From NCBI GenBank assembly GCA_032718475.1, contig JAUCBJ010001180.1:1-64000 (forward strand): DNA of 64,000 bases, given 5' to 3'. The translations under genes and the position numbers were made by a program. This DNA comes from Nemertoderma westbladi. Taxonomy: Eukaryota; Animalia; Xenacoelomorpha. Below the pieces are notes generated by a model. That model searched no databases. It was not told where the DNA came from and saw nothing but the letters and a program-made list of their open reading frames with translations. Positions 25,079-35,199 of this stretch are shown here, one piece after another (position 1 is the first letter of the stretch; the number at the start of each line of letters is the position of its first letter).

Positions 25079-26889
25079 GACCTGTTGACACTGTTCTACT
25101 CTTACCCATATTCATTTCAAGACTCTGTGTTTGGTTGCTAGTATGACTCTCTATCCCCTAGGCATTGTGGGTTAGTTTTCCTGTGGGGTTTTGAATATCT
25201 ATGGGTTTGTCTGATACAATGTGCTGAACATGCTTCACATACTCATTATTACAATCGCCCCTCTCAGTTGCAGTATGTCTTCCTTGTGAGACCCTCAACG
25301 GATTAGTCACAACAGCACTATCACACATAACCTCAACAACACAACATCTCACAACATCTTGTTATATGTCATGTACGTCTCTCGTTTTCAAGCTGATCCT
25401 TTAGATCTATATTTTCTTGGTCAAGAGACTTTACCCTTAGTTCCATTCCTGATAGTCTACTTTGTATGTCACCAATAAGTGCATGAATCTCCATGCTAGC
25501 AGGTGGTTTGGCAGGAAGGAATTCTCGCTTCAAACGTTTCTTACAGGCCGCTGTTATGGTTCCATTTACACATGATCTATGAAGCTCGAAAATGTCCTGT
25601 GCCAGTTGCACTTCTGATGATCTGAGGTTCAAGTGAAAGGTAACTGCCTCTGAAGTACTCAGAGTTGGTTTGATCTCTGAGAAAAGGCAGATGCGTGTAT
25701 TCATGAGTTCATTATACATCCTATTACTTAACTTCGACACAGCATCCTTACGGGGCAGTTGAAGAATCCTCTGTATACTTTGGCTGAAATGTGAAATGTG
25801 TTTCGATTCGTCCCTTCCTTGACAATTGGGTATCAAAGAACCAACCAGTATATCAGTTGACTTCCTAGTATTTGACCTCGGTGGTTCAAATTCATCGGGG
25901 GCATAGTATTTCATATTGTCCAGGCATTTAGAAATCCAATTTCTACATCTATCACTGTCGGTGTGAAAATGTGGAACTTCGGAGTTAGTGGCGATTGCAT
26001 TAGCAAAGAGGCAGACGTAAACTCCACAGTCGTAAGAGTTCTCCTGTGTTGGGTACTTGTGACCGCTAGGGGTAGTTGTAACTTTCCATGCATGCTGTCT
26101 TTCCCGGTTTTCATATTTGTCTATTGTCGGCTCACTGGTGGTCAGGTTGTCCATTAGGTTTAATAACTCACAGATTTGGAAAGCTCTTTTACCTGGCAGT
26201 GATGCGGTTTATGAGATGGTGTATACAAGTCGCATCTTCAGATCAGCCACATGAAGAATAAAATGTTCTTTGTTATAACATTCTGGTATCAGTAAAAACT
26301 CAAGTCTGGCAGACATGTATTTGCCGAAATATGGAATGGCCATAAGTTGGATGGCGAATAAAGTGTCGTATTTTTCCACTGCTAGTTTCTGACATAAATC
26401 ACTTTGAACTGATGACACATGTGGGAATTGCTTTCTAAGCAAACCAAGAAAACTATCCACTACAGTGTCGCTCAGCCACTCTTTACATTCTAGGGTTTTC
26501 ATATCCTTTCGCTCAGGAAGGACGCTTGGTGGCTGATCGTTGTTCCATATGGTAATTTGTTCAAGATCAGCCGTTTTGGGTTGTAAGTGTTTGTCAATTT
26601 TTTTGACAAAGTGTATATCTACATCATCCTCATTTTTATGAGCCCCAATTTTGTCCACGAAATGCACATCCACTTCATCTACCTTAGTTTTATTTTCACT
26701 ATGTCTCTTAGTGTTATCGCTTTCATTGTAAATATAAACAATATTTGTTTTACTAAAAGTTACCTTTTTTGTGAAAATTATGATGAAACTTTTGGTTTAA
26801 AAAAATGAGTTATCAGATTTTTAGGATTAGGCATATACTGGGTTCCCCAGTTCTTTATAGCTAGAGTATCTGTTTGCAAACCCGGAGGG

Positions 26890-27880
26890 TCCATGGAAGA
26901 CATTGGCGAGCGCCCACTCGTAAAATGGGGATCCGCTGGCAAACCACTCGGAGGCATGGTAACCGCTGGCGAACCACTCAGAAGTGGGGGAACCTCTGGC
27001 GAGCCACTCGTAGGCGGGAGTTCCACTGGCGAACCACTCGGAGGCGTGGGAACCACTGGCGAACCACTCATAGACGGGAGATCCACTGGTGAACCACTCA
27101 GAGGCGTGGGAACCGCTGGCGAACCACTCAGAGGTGGGGGAACCGTTGGCGAACCATTTGGAGGCGAAGGATCTGATGGTGAACCACTCGGAGGCGTGGG
27201 AACCGCTGGCGAACCACTCGGAGGCGTGGGAACCGCTGACGAACCACTCAAAGGTGGGGGAATCGCTGGGGAACCACTCGGAGGCGTGGTATCTGATGGC
27301 AAAACATTCGGAGGTGTGGGAACCACTGGCGAACCACTAGGAGGCGTGGGAACCGCTGGCAAACCACTCGGAGGCGTGGGAACCGCAGGCGACCCACTCT
27401 GAGGTGGGGGAACCACTGGCGTCCCACTCAGAGGTGGAGGAACCGCTGGCGACCCACTCAGAGGTGGGGGAACCGCTGGCGAACCACTCAGAGGCGTGGG
27501 AACCGTTGGCGACCCACTCAGAGGTGGGGGAACCGCTGGCAAACCACTCAGAAGCGTGGGAACCGCTGGCGATGAAATGTTACATGTTACCACGGCCGCT
27601 GGATGTTTATAGAAATGAGTTATCAGGTTATTAGATTTATGCATTTCCTGGGGTCCCCAGTTCTTTGTAGCCGGTAGGTCCATGGGATCTGTTGGCGAGA
27701 CCACCGCAGTCGATGGATCCCTTAGCGAACCCTCCGCAGTTGAGGGATCCTTAGGCGAACCCACCGCGGTTGAGGAATCCTTTAGCGAACCCGCCGATGT
27801 CGAGGAATCCTTTAGAGCACCCGCCGCAGTCGATTTGATCGAACTCGGCGGGTCCCGGAGTCCCTCGGAACCGGACTTCG
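26890..27880 (-). repeat. Two in-frame 30-bp coding minisatellites (SGSPAVPTPP about 22 units; GSLKDPSTA-type about 6 units)
   Basis: Unit such as CCACTCGGAGGCGTGGGAACCGCTGGCGAA. Stays open on the minus strand within ORF 26778..28193. Confidence 0.9.
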
Positions 27881-28211
27881 CGTCGGCGTTAGCTCCGTTG
27901 GTAGAGCCTGACAGATCTTCTGGAAAGATTGCATTACACTTTCGATCCAAGAGTGATAACGCACACTTTAGTTTCTCTGCACGAGTTCCTGCAGTCAGCA
28001 AATCATTATTGTCGAGAAACCATTCAAGATTGTTGGTGTTCATCTTCCGAATGCGTACCCATTTTCTTCGGCACTCAAGAGTACTCGGCCTTCGCTCGAA
28101 TGGCGTCGTAGTTCGCAGAAACGCAGATATTGCAATTAAAATGTAATAAAATGTAAATAAACGTCCTTGCAGTAACCGACATAGGAGTTCCACTGGGTTT
28201 TAAAGTTTTTC

Positions 28212-28345
28212 TTATTTAGTATAAAAGCAGTGAACTTCATTGAAGACCGGGTTGGTTTCATCTCGAACTCGGTTCAGATATTCCTTTATATTCGGTCGTT
28301 CGGCGAAGTCCCGTCCCACAGTTGGGTTAGTTTGCAGGTTGCAGA
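28212..28345 (-). pseudogene. Fragment resembling the glutathione S-transferase theta-class C-terminus
   Basis: GRDFAERPNIKEYLNRVRDETNPVFNEVH resembles the theta GST motif GRPxLxxWxxRVRxETNPxYDEAH, recalled from memory. A weak N-domain-like MEMDDSVVVLSE occurs at ~29030-29065. Confidence 0.45.
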
Positions 28346-29030
28346 TTATTTTACCCCGACGACTGATGGGGGGAAAACCTGGTCCCGGCATAACCATATT
28401 GTGGCGTTTCCCCGCCACAGCGTGATGGATAGTCTCTGGAACATGTGGCGGATGGAGTCACTAGAGGGAATACCTCGCCTGAGAACTTGGAGACGGCCTA
28501 TCTCCCGGATAGTGGCCGAGGCATGAAGGTGCCAACCACCCAGGGCTTCCACTGGTAGGGGGATAAAGCCAACTCCAGAGTTGCGGCACTCTTCTGTGTG
28601 GGCAGCTATCTTGCGGTCGTATGCGATGGATAGTGCATGTCCTGGGGTGGCGGCAGCACCTTCAACAGTTCGCATATGGAGGGAGGAAATTACAGTTATA
28701 TCCAGGGCTATTGGTTGGCCTCGTTGCCAGTTTGGAATAAAGATGTCGGCTGGACGGCTACGGGGTCCTGGGATCAGGCCAGGGACTTCACTTCGGGGCG
28801 CAAGAGCAGCTGATTGGGCTGCTGAGAAGAGTGCACCCCGAAGAGATTCTGTCCCCATCGCCACTACATCGTATGTGGTGGTCTCCTAATGGGTCGGCCG
28901 GTGATAGGCATACACGGCAAGGGGAAGGGCCGGAGGCCATGCGGACACCGAGCCTGTAACAGAGCCAGACCATGAACTCTGCATCCATAAAATGAAACCC
29001 AAGGCTTTCACATGGTATAGCGAATGGTCT
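28346..29030 (-). mobile_element. CRE-clade non-LTR retrotransposon 3' fragment (CCHC plus restriction-like endonuclease)
   Basis: EF..WL.YRLG, CRVC..DPLGDH..C, RPADIF, ALDITV, FIPLPVEALGGW, QRLSITLWRGNA motifs. Confidence 0.85.
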
Positions 29031-29202
29031 CAGATAGAACGACGACACTGTCGTCCATTTCCATACAGGAAGGCCCTCGATGAAATAAGAAACGGCTAGG
29101 CACAAGCGTAATTAATTCGTAATTAAGTAAAGATTGGTATGTTTGGTATAATCAATGGCAGACACCTTTTACACAGACCGGCACGCATTTAGGCTAAAGG
29201 AT

Positions 29203-29895
29203 AGGATAGGCTAAAGGCATTTAGGCTACTCTGACCGGATGAGCATAAGCTCAAAGGATGGTATGCTTGAGCATGTGGACGACTTCTGTTACCTGGGATC
29301 ATGGATCCGGAAGTCAGGTGAGGACCTTCGAATACGTAAGGGAAAGGCATGGGCAGCCTTGAATAGGCTTTCCAGGATTTGGAAGTCACCTAGAATTAAT
29401 CGGAAACTTAAGGTCCGATTATTTAGAGCAGCAGTAGTTCCAGTACTCCTCTATGGGAGTCCATGCTGGGCTCTAACTGCTGAGGACACCAAATCTCTGG
29501 ATGGCACATTCACAAGAATGCTACGCCGGGTACATTGTGTCAAGTACAATGCACACATCTCCAACCAGACACTATATAACATTGGAGGTGTCTCATTGGT
29601 TCCCCCAAGCTTGACACTAGAACAAAATCGCCTCCGCTTTGCAGGACATTGCTTTCGCCGTGAGGACCAGCCAGTGCATAATCTTGTACTTTGGCAGCCT
29701 CATGGAGTGAATAAGCATGGTGGACAGCCTATGACTTTCTTGAGACGCATCTTAAAGGACACTGGCCTTAAAGATGCGGATGATCTAGCAAATGTCATGG
29801 GTGATAGGGAGTTGTGGCGGTGCAATTTTGTTGACAAGCCGGCACAGCATTCTTAAAAATGCAGCTGCAATGCAGCATGCCGATCATAGTAGTAG
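29203..29895 (+). mobile_element. 5'-truncated RTE LINE with intact C-terminal ORF (29239..29856)
   Basis: YLGSW, LLYGS..W, RLRFAGHC motifs and (TAG)n tail. TSD TAGGCTAAAGGAT (29190-29202, 29896-29908). RTE sequence proper starts at ~29229. Confidence 0.92.
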
Positions 29896-29999
29896 TAGGC
29901 TAAAGGATGGTTACTTAAGCCTTAGCTGAAGCAACTTAAACCTTATATATAAGTCACACGTACATAAGATACTAAAGATTTTGTGTGAATATAAATATT

Positions 30000-30295
30000 G
30001 TAGTAAGGCGAGGTGAGACACTAAAAAATATCTTGGCACCATCACGGTTTGTGGATGGAAGTAAAGAAAATGTAACTTTAGCCTCTTCTATTGCATCAAC
30101 GGGGGTAATTCACTGGAAACGGACAACATGTAAACCATGTGAGAGCATAGAGGCATGATGAAGACGTTTAGTTCAAGTACTAGGGAATTAAATAGGAATC
30201 ATAGGATAAGAGGTGAACTGACATGTAAATGTGAAAGCAAGAACGTCGTGTGTTTGGTGAACTGTAAAGTATGTAAGAAGCAAGCTTGTGGATCG
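30000..30295 (+). pseudogene. Penelope-like element GIY-YIG endonuclease relic, N-terminal half
   Basis: RRGETLKNILAPS, C..C, LTC..SKNVVCLVNCKVCKKQACGS (degenerate NVIYLIxCxxCxxQYVGS). Confidence 0.75.
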
Positions 30296-30873
30296 GCCAC
30301 GCGTTGCTTTTCTATAAGTAATTTCCCAAAATTATTGAATAAAATTGCCGCGAAATTAAATATTCATTTCTTATCAGATCAGGTCTAGCCTAAGCCGACA
30401 ACTGATAAATTAACATACTGTAGTACAGTAGTAGGCCTAAGTTAAGTGTGGTTACCACCGGGACAGAGTTCCCTACCGGTACCTGCCAGAACCGGAACCC
30501 AGCTCTTTATATTCCAGTGCAGCAGTAGGCAGGTAGGTACCGGTAACGGTACATATGTTGTACCGTACGTCATGCTGTCATGTGCAGTACGTACGGTAAC
30601 GGGCCTAACTTTGTAATTCATATCCTCAGTAATCAGTCCCAGACCAAGCTATTCCAGTACACAGTCAAACAGGCCTATTAGCTCTCCCGCTATTATTACT
30701 ATATACTGATATATGTGACAGGTACGGTACCCGGTAGACCTCCCTACATAGTTTGTTATACAGTACAACAGTACAACAAATGATAGGCCTACCTGATAAG
30801 AAATGAATATTTAATTTCGCGACAATTTTATTCAATAATTTCGGGAATTTTCTTATATAAAGCAACGCGTGGC
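30296..30873. mobile_element. MITE with ~85-bp TIRs (Harbinger-like GGC end with TAA on the right)
   Basis: GCCACGCGTTGCTTT..AAATTAAATATTCATTTCTTATCAG and its inverted copy ending AAAGCAACGCGTGGC|TAA. No matching left TSD. Confidence 0.75.
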
Positions 30874-31083
30874 TAATTTTATCTAAAAGTTGGTACCCGG
30901 TGTTATAATAGCCGACAAAAGAGCCTAATAATCAGACTCACGTATCCGGGTAAATTTGGTTAATGTTATGAGAAAAATATTAACCATATACGGTCCATGG
31001 TATGTACCTCAGGGAATAATAGTACATGAGTTGGCGGTCGAATCCGTTTAACAAAATATTAACAAACAGGATTAACAAAATAT

Positions 31084-31521
31084 TTATAAAGTAGATTGGT
31101 CGAACACAACGTGTGTATTCGATCGTTTTGCGCTGTTCTGATCGCCTCGAGTCCACGACGCGGACGAGAGACGAAGATCGGACCTCTCGTACCGCCCCCG
31201 CTGCCCCCGCCCCCGTAAACAAGGGGGTAGATATTTGGCGGAGATTTTACGGAATGTTGGGTCCCAAATCCATAGGATTAGGGGATCTAGTATACAGTTG
31301 AGGGAGCCGATACAGTTCAGTGTGATTGTGAATAGCGTGACCCATTCCGCGCAGATGTTGAGAAGCTCGCAGTCGTAGAGAATCATAACGAAGGAGGGTA
31401 AGACCCCGCAGATGATGTTGACACCTGTGATTAGTATTATCGGGCGAGCAAGTACGAATTCTTTGCCCAAACTTGTCGAAAATCGTCTAATACCTTCGGT
31501 AAAACTCTTCCTTTCTGTAAC
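31084..31521 (-). CDS. Terminal exon of a rhodopsin-like GPCR (TM6, TM7, C-tail), possibly an orphan copy
   Basis: ARPIILITGVNIICGVLP (TM6), LNCILDPLILWIWDPTFRK (TM7/helix 8). Phase-0 acceptor TTTCAG at 31522-31527, open to a stop. No upstream exons recognised in the window. Confidence 0.72.
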   Translation of the reverse strand, partial: VTERKSFTEGIRRFSTSLGKEFVLARPIILITGVNIICGVLPSFVMILYDCELLNICAEWVTLFTITLNCIGSLNCILDPLILWIWDPTFRKISAKYLPPCLRGRGQRGRYERSDLRLSSASWTRGDQNSAKRSNTHVVFDQSTL

Positions 31522-31539
31522 CTGAAACGGATAAAACTT

Positions 31540-31790
31540 AATCAATATGACTTTAAACAGAGAATAAGGAACTATAAATCACAAATAACTAATGGGAAGA
31601 AACCAAGCTGTTGCGTGGACGCACATTTTGGGCAGAATGGACACACGTGGAATGATTTTCGAATAACCCCAATAGAACACGTATCGAAGGGACCAAACCT
31701 GGAAGAACGTCTTAGACAGAGGGAGGGATTTTGGCAATGTACATTAGGAACACGTTCGTGGGGCCTTCGCGCAGCACGAGGCCCAGTTAT
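31540..31790 (+). pseudogene. Penelope-like GIY-YIG relic, C-terminal half
   Basis: DFKQRIRNYKS..CCVDAHFGQNGH..DFRITPIE..RQREGFWQCTLGT. Confidence 0.78.
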
Positions 31791-32139
31791 GAGATACAAA
31801 TTAAAATTGTGCGACTGTATCACAAAATCAGGTTATGAGATATTAACCCACACCACCAATTAATCAAAGAAAGGGGGACAGTACGTGTTCACCCCTTTTA
31901 ATCTGCACCCCCCCCCTCCCCCCACCCACCAATACATAACCGCGACATCTACCACCCACGGAAGGGTAGCACGAACTTATTTCCAAACGCACGTTCAATA
32001 TGCAAAGCCAGGTGGTTTATAGGAATATAATCAATGCAGTACTCGTCTTCATTATAATCCTCTTTGCGTTCGACCTGTTTTGTATTAAAATATATTTATT
32101 AAACGCAGGCTGACGCTCTTTATAATAATAATACCTAGG

Positions 32140-32475
32140 GATGCCAGCTTCCAGACTTTCAATCTTTACTGCCGCGCAAACCCCGCAGAGGAAGTTTTGG
32201 TTTGAGAGATCAAGCCCATCGGCAATTGGTGTTTCAATTTCGGTCCAGGAACTCTGACAATGGGAGCATTCAATCTTAGCTGTGGTCCATTCCCGTGGTT
32301 TCGGCTTCCTTTTCTTCGTCCCAATGACAGATTCTTCTGAAGACGTTTGATTCGCTTTCAGTTTATTGTTGGCGTTTGTGTTTTGAAGTTGTATTCGAGT
32401 GGACAGTCGCGCCGGTTTCGAGGTAACCATACCGACCTGTGATAAGCGTTGGTTTTGTTGAGTGCCGGTATTCAT
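32140..32475 (-). pseudogene. Possible PHD-like ORF1 N-terminal fragment of a CR1-group LINE
   Basis: IECSHC..W...NFLCGVC is a partial Cys pattern only. No linked ORF2. Confidence 0.3.
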
Positions 32476-32574
32476 CTTCTCTCACCTCTTCAATGTCAGA
32501 TGTTGCAAATACTGATAACACGAATAACGGTATATATTTCAATACTTGTGGTAATTACCTGAATCCGTACCAGT

Positions 32575-33520
32575 GGGGACAATTTTTTTTGGCGATTTTC
32601 CCTATGCCCGTGGTGAAACACTTAGACTTTTAATTACCATTACGGCGATTTATCTATGTCTATGGGGAAACACTTAATTAAACTTTAATTACCATTCTGG
32701 CTATTTGTCTATGCCCATGATGAAACACTTTAAAAACTATTTAACTACTTCGTGGGTCAGATCGGGTCGAACCGTCTTTCCAATGGAGCGGTAACTGGCG
32801 TGTCCGTCTGTTGCCACAGTACTACCAACGTTAGCCAAGTGAACAATCGGTGCCTGCATAACAGGTCAAAACCGATTCGGGATTTTCTGAGCGAACATTT
32901 TTCGGGCTCGTTTCGATGGGGAAACGTCAACGGCTGTGGCCAACCACTGTGTAGATATGCTCGACGTACACGTTTTCCACAATGGTATTTCCGCTTGGAT
33001 GTCACGGTTTCATCCCACTGCCCATTCTGGAACGATCCCTTAGAGGCTTCATAATCGATGCGGTTATATATAGATATTATCTCGGTTATATAATTGATAT
33101 AGTCAGTTGTCGTGGCAGGATAAATTATTGTCTCCCTGGCAACTTGTTGCCCATTACTTCCGTGACACACAAGTTACAGAATTTTCATCGACGTTTTGTG
33201 GTCTAACATTCCACCCACGCCAAGATATCCACCCTCGTCGTTGGTGCGGGCGGCCAGAGTGCTACGACCACACACATTTCAAGTGCACTAATACAGTAGC
33301 ATCTTTGCCCCGGGTCGAGCTGCGGACCGTCCTTCCTTCTCCCTCAATTTCATTTCCATTTTACAATATTTACAGTTGGGAGGCGACTGGCCCAACCCAT
33401 GGGTATTCCACCATTGCCATATGGCCATCGAGGACGAGGCTTCAATGTCACATAGGTTTAGGTCTTTTAGACAATTGAGATCGCAACCAGGTGTAGAGCA
33501 ATTCAGTTTTGCCATATCAG
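32575..33520 (-). mobile_element. Degenerate Merlin/IS1016-like DNA transposon
   Basis: W..HGL....CKYCKMEMKL, T.DYINY and DETVTSKRKYHCGKR match the Merlin/ISXO2 layout. Three ~55-bp subterminal repeats at 32590-32735. Confidence 0.5.
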
Positions 33521-34869
33521 AATTCAGGATATAAAGACTTTATCAAGGTTAACAGGTAGTATGGGTACCGGTCTGCCGGTACCGGTAGGTGGTAGGCTAC
33601 AATGTTACAAACACAAAGCACTGTACAATTATAAGTTCAACAGTACAGTACATATTGTTGATGGGAAAGGGCAGCAGCCAATACTGCAATAGCATAGCTA
33701 GTCGCGGGCTGATGCCTTTAGGGGATGGGATCAGGTTACAAAGAGGTACCGGTATGCAGTATGCAGGTAATTACAGACCTACGTATACATACATAACACA
33801 GTGCATGATATATGTGTTTGTGTGTCTGTTCTGTGTAGTCTGTAGTCCGCAAGAAGAGTGCATAATTCATGGTAATATACAATGGAACAATAATTTTTAT
33901 CACATGCTGCGCGAAGGGCAAATTGACCTCTCTTGGAATTTTTTTTAAAAATGATTAAATACCTACGTTGGACTGCCTGTATATCGAATTTCAGACAAAA
34001 TTAATGAAAATTGAAGAAATGTCGCACATTCTAAAATTGAAATTTTTGCAAAATTTCGAAAAACTCATGAGTTTCTGACATGCTGCGCGAAGCGGAAATA
34101 GCAATATACTGAAATTTTTTTTTTCAATGTGGTCACTATAGGCTGTATAATGCCTGTTAAAATTTAAGGAGGGTTCTGATAAAAAATGTTGACAGGGGAG
34201 TAGAGTTTATCACTGGTACGGATTCAGGATAGAGCCATACTTGTCAATAGTAATATAGATAATTTAGATAACTATTTTATATCTGTACTGTTGAGCAAAC
34301 TCTACATAAATCCCAACCTGTGTATCGCCGGTAGGGCTGTTGCTGTGCAAGCAAGTGCCAGAGTGCTGAAGTGCTAGTTGCCACCGGTCAACCGGTACCG
34401 GTAGTAGGGTGGTATCTACGGTGCGCACTGCAACGGCAGTACAGCAATACGGTGTACCGTGCCAATGACTGAATGATTAGCGGTAACTATCTAAACTATT
34501 ATATTATTATTACCGGTACTGGGCTAATTAGGCCTAAACTATAATCACCGCAAGGGTTGCCGGCGCCGGGGCCATGTTTAACAGTTTAATTAGATTACAT
34601 GATATGGCATGTCTGCAGTGTATGGTACCGGCTGACCAGTATTGCAGTATTGACTGATTGCTGGATTGCAGGATTCTCGATTCAGGGATTGAGTACAGCC
34701 TGACAGTACCGGTACACATGGTACATGCAGATTGGCAGACAGCCCCAATCTGCCAATGTATTGCAAAATTTGTCAGAAAACCAGCTGATTTATCCTACAG
34801 TAATAATAATTTAACGCATTTTAAATTTGGATAAATAAATTTATTATAACTGCAATAACAGATACACTG

Positions 34870-35097
34870 ATGCTGCACGAAGGCCCCACGCAAATTCTAC
34901 TTGGAAAATTTTCAAACTTTTGCCAAACAACATGTGTACCAAGTTTGGATAGATTTCATCAAGGATTGGCCGAGTTATTAACGTTTAAAATAAAATACTG
35001 AAAAAAAACGCGACAGAACGACAGAACGACAGAACGACAGGTTGATTAATGGTACCCCTACGCTAAGGCTCACTCACTTCGTGGCTCGCCCCACAAT
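34870..35097 (+). mobile_element. Possible Helentron/DINE-1-like non-autonomous element 3' end
   Basis: TGTACCAAGTTTGG motif, (CGACAGAA)n microsatellite, then a GC-rich terminal stem candidate. A TGCTGC(G/A)CGAAG motif recurs at ~5715, ~33905, ~34081 and ~34871. Confidence 0.35.
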
Positions 35098-35199
35098 AGT
35101 GGAGTCGCTTAAGGCTAAAATATAGCAAAATCGTTAATTGCAGGACAAAAGCGTGAAAATGTGACTATATATGTAAAAAAATGTGTAGATTAATCTGAG

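Larger units (their letters stand above)
13280..28150 (-). mobile_element. Near full-length APE-type LINE (RTEX/CR1-L2-group-like), about 7 kb after removing nested insertions, with a Ulp1-containing ORF1
   Basis: Collinear ORF1 pieces (28193 down to 24240), endonuclease (23405..24373), linker and RT (23418 down to 13668). (ATCA)n tail at ~13280-13297. Nested insertions are flanked by TSDs. The 5' end is approximate. Confidence 0.8.
24240..28193 (-). pseudogene. LINE ORF1 with SAP-like motif, Pro-rich repeats, Ulp1/C48 protease, coiled coil and C-terminal RRM-like domain
   Basis: EWLSDTVVDSFL, HFILHVAD and PTQENSYDCGVYVC lie in one frame (one TAA at 26209-26211). The same frame continues into LF..R....LAQDI..L and a coiled coil. 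C-terminal FWPQGFVCVEW motif is typical of invertebrate LINE ORF1. Confidence 0.75.

Noticed and set aside
26893-27402. Plus-strand Gly-rich repeat protein
   Set aside because: Antisense reading of the Pro-rich repeat in LINE ORF1.
31780-32020. Penelope-associated hammerhead ribozyme
   Set aside because: No CTGA-N-GA...GAAA core found near either Penelope fragment.
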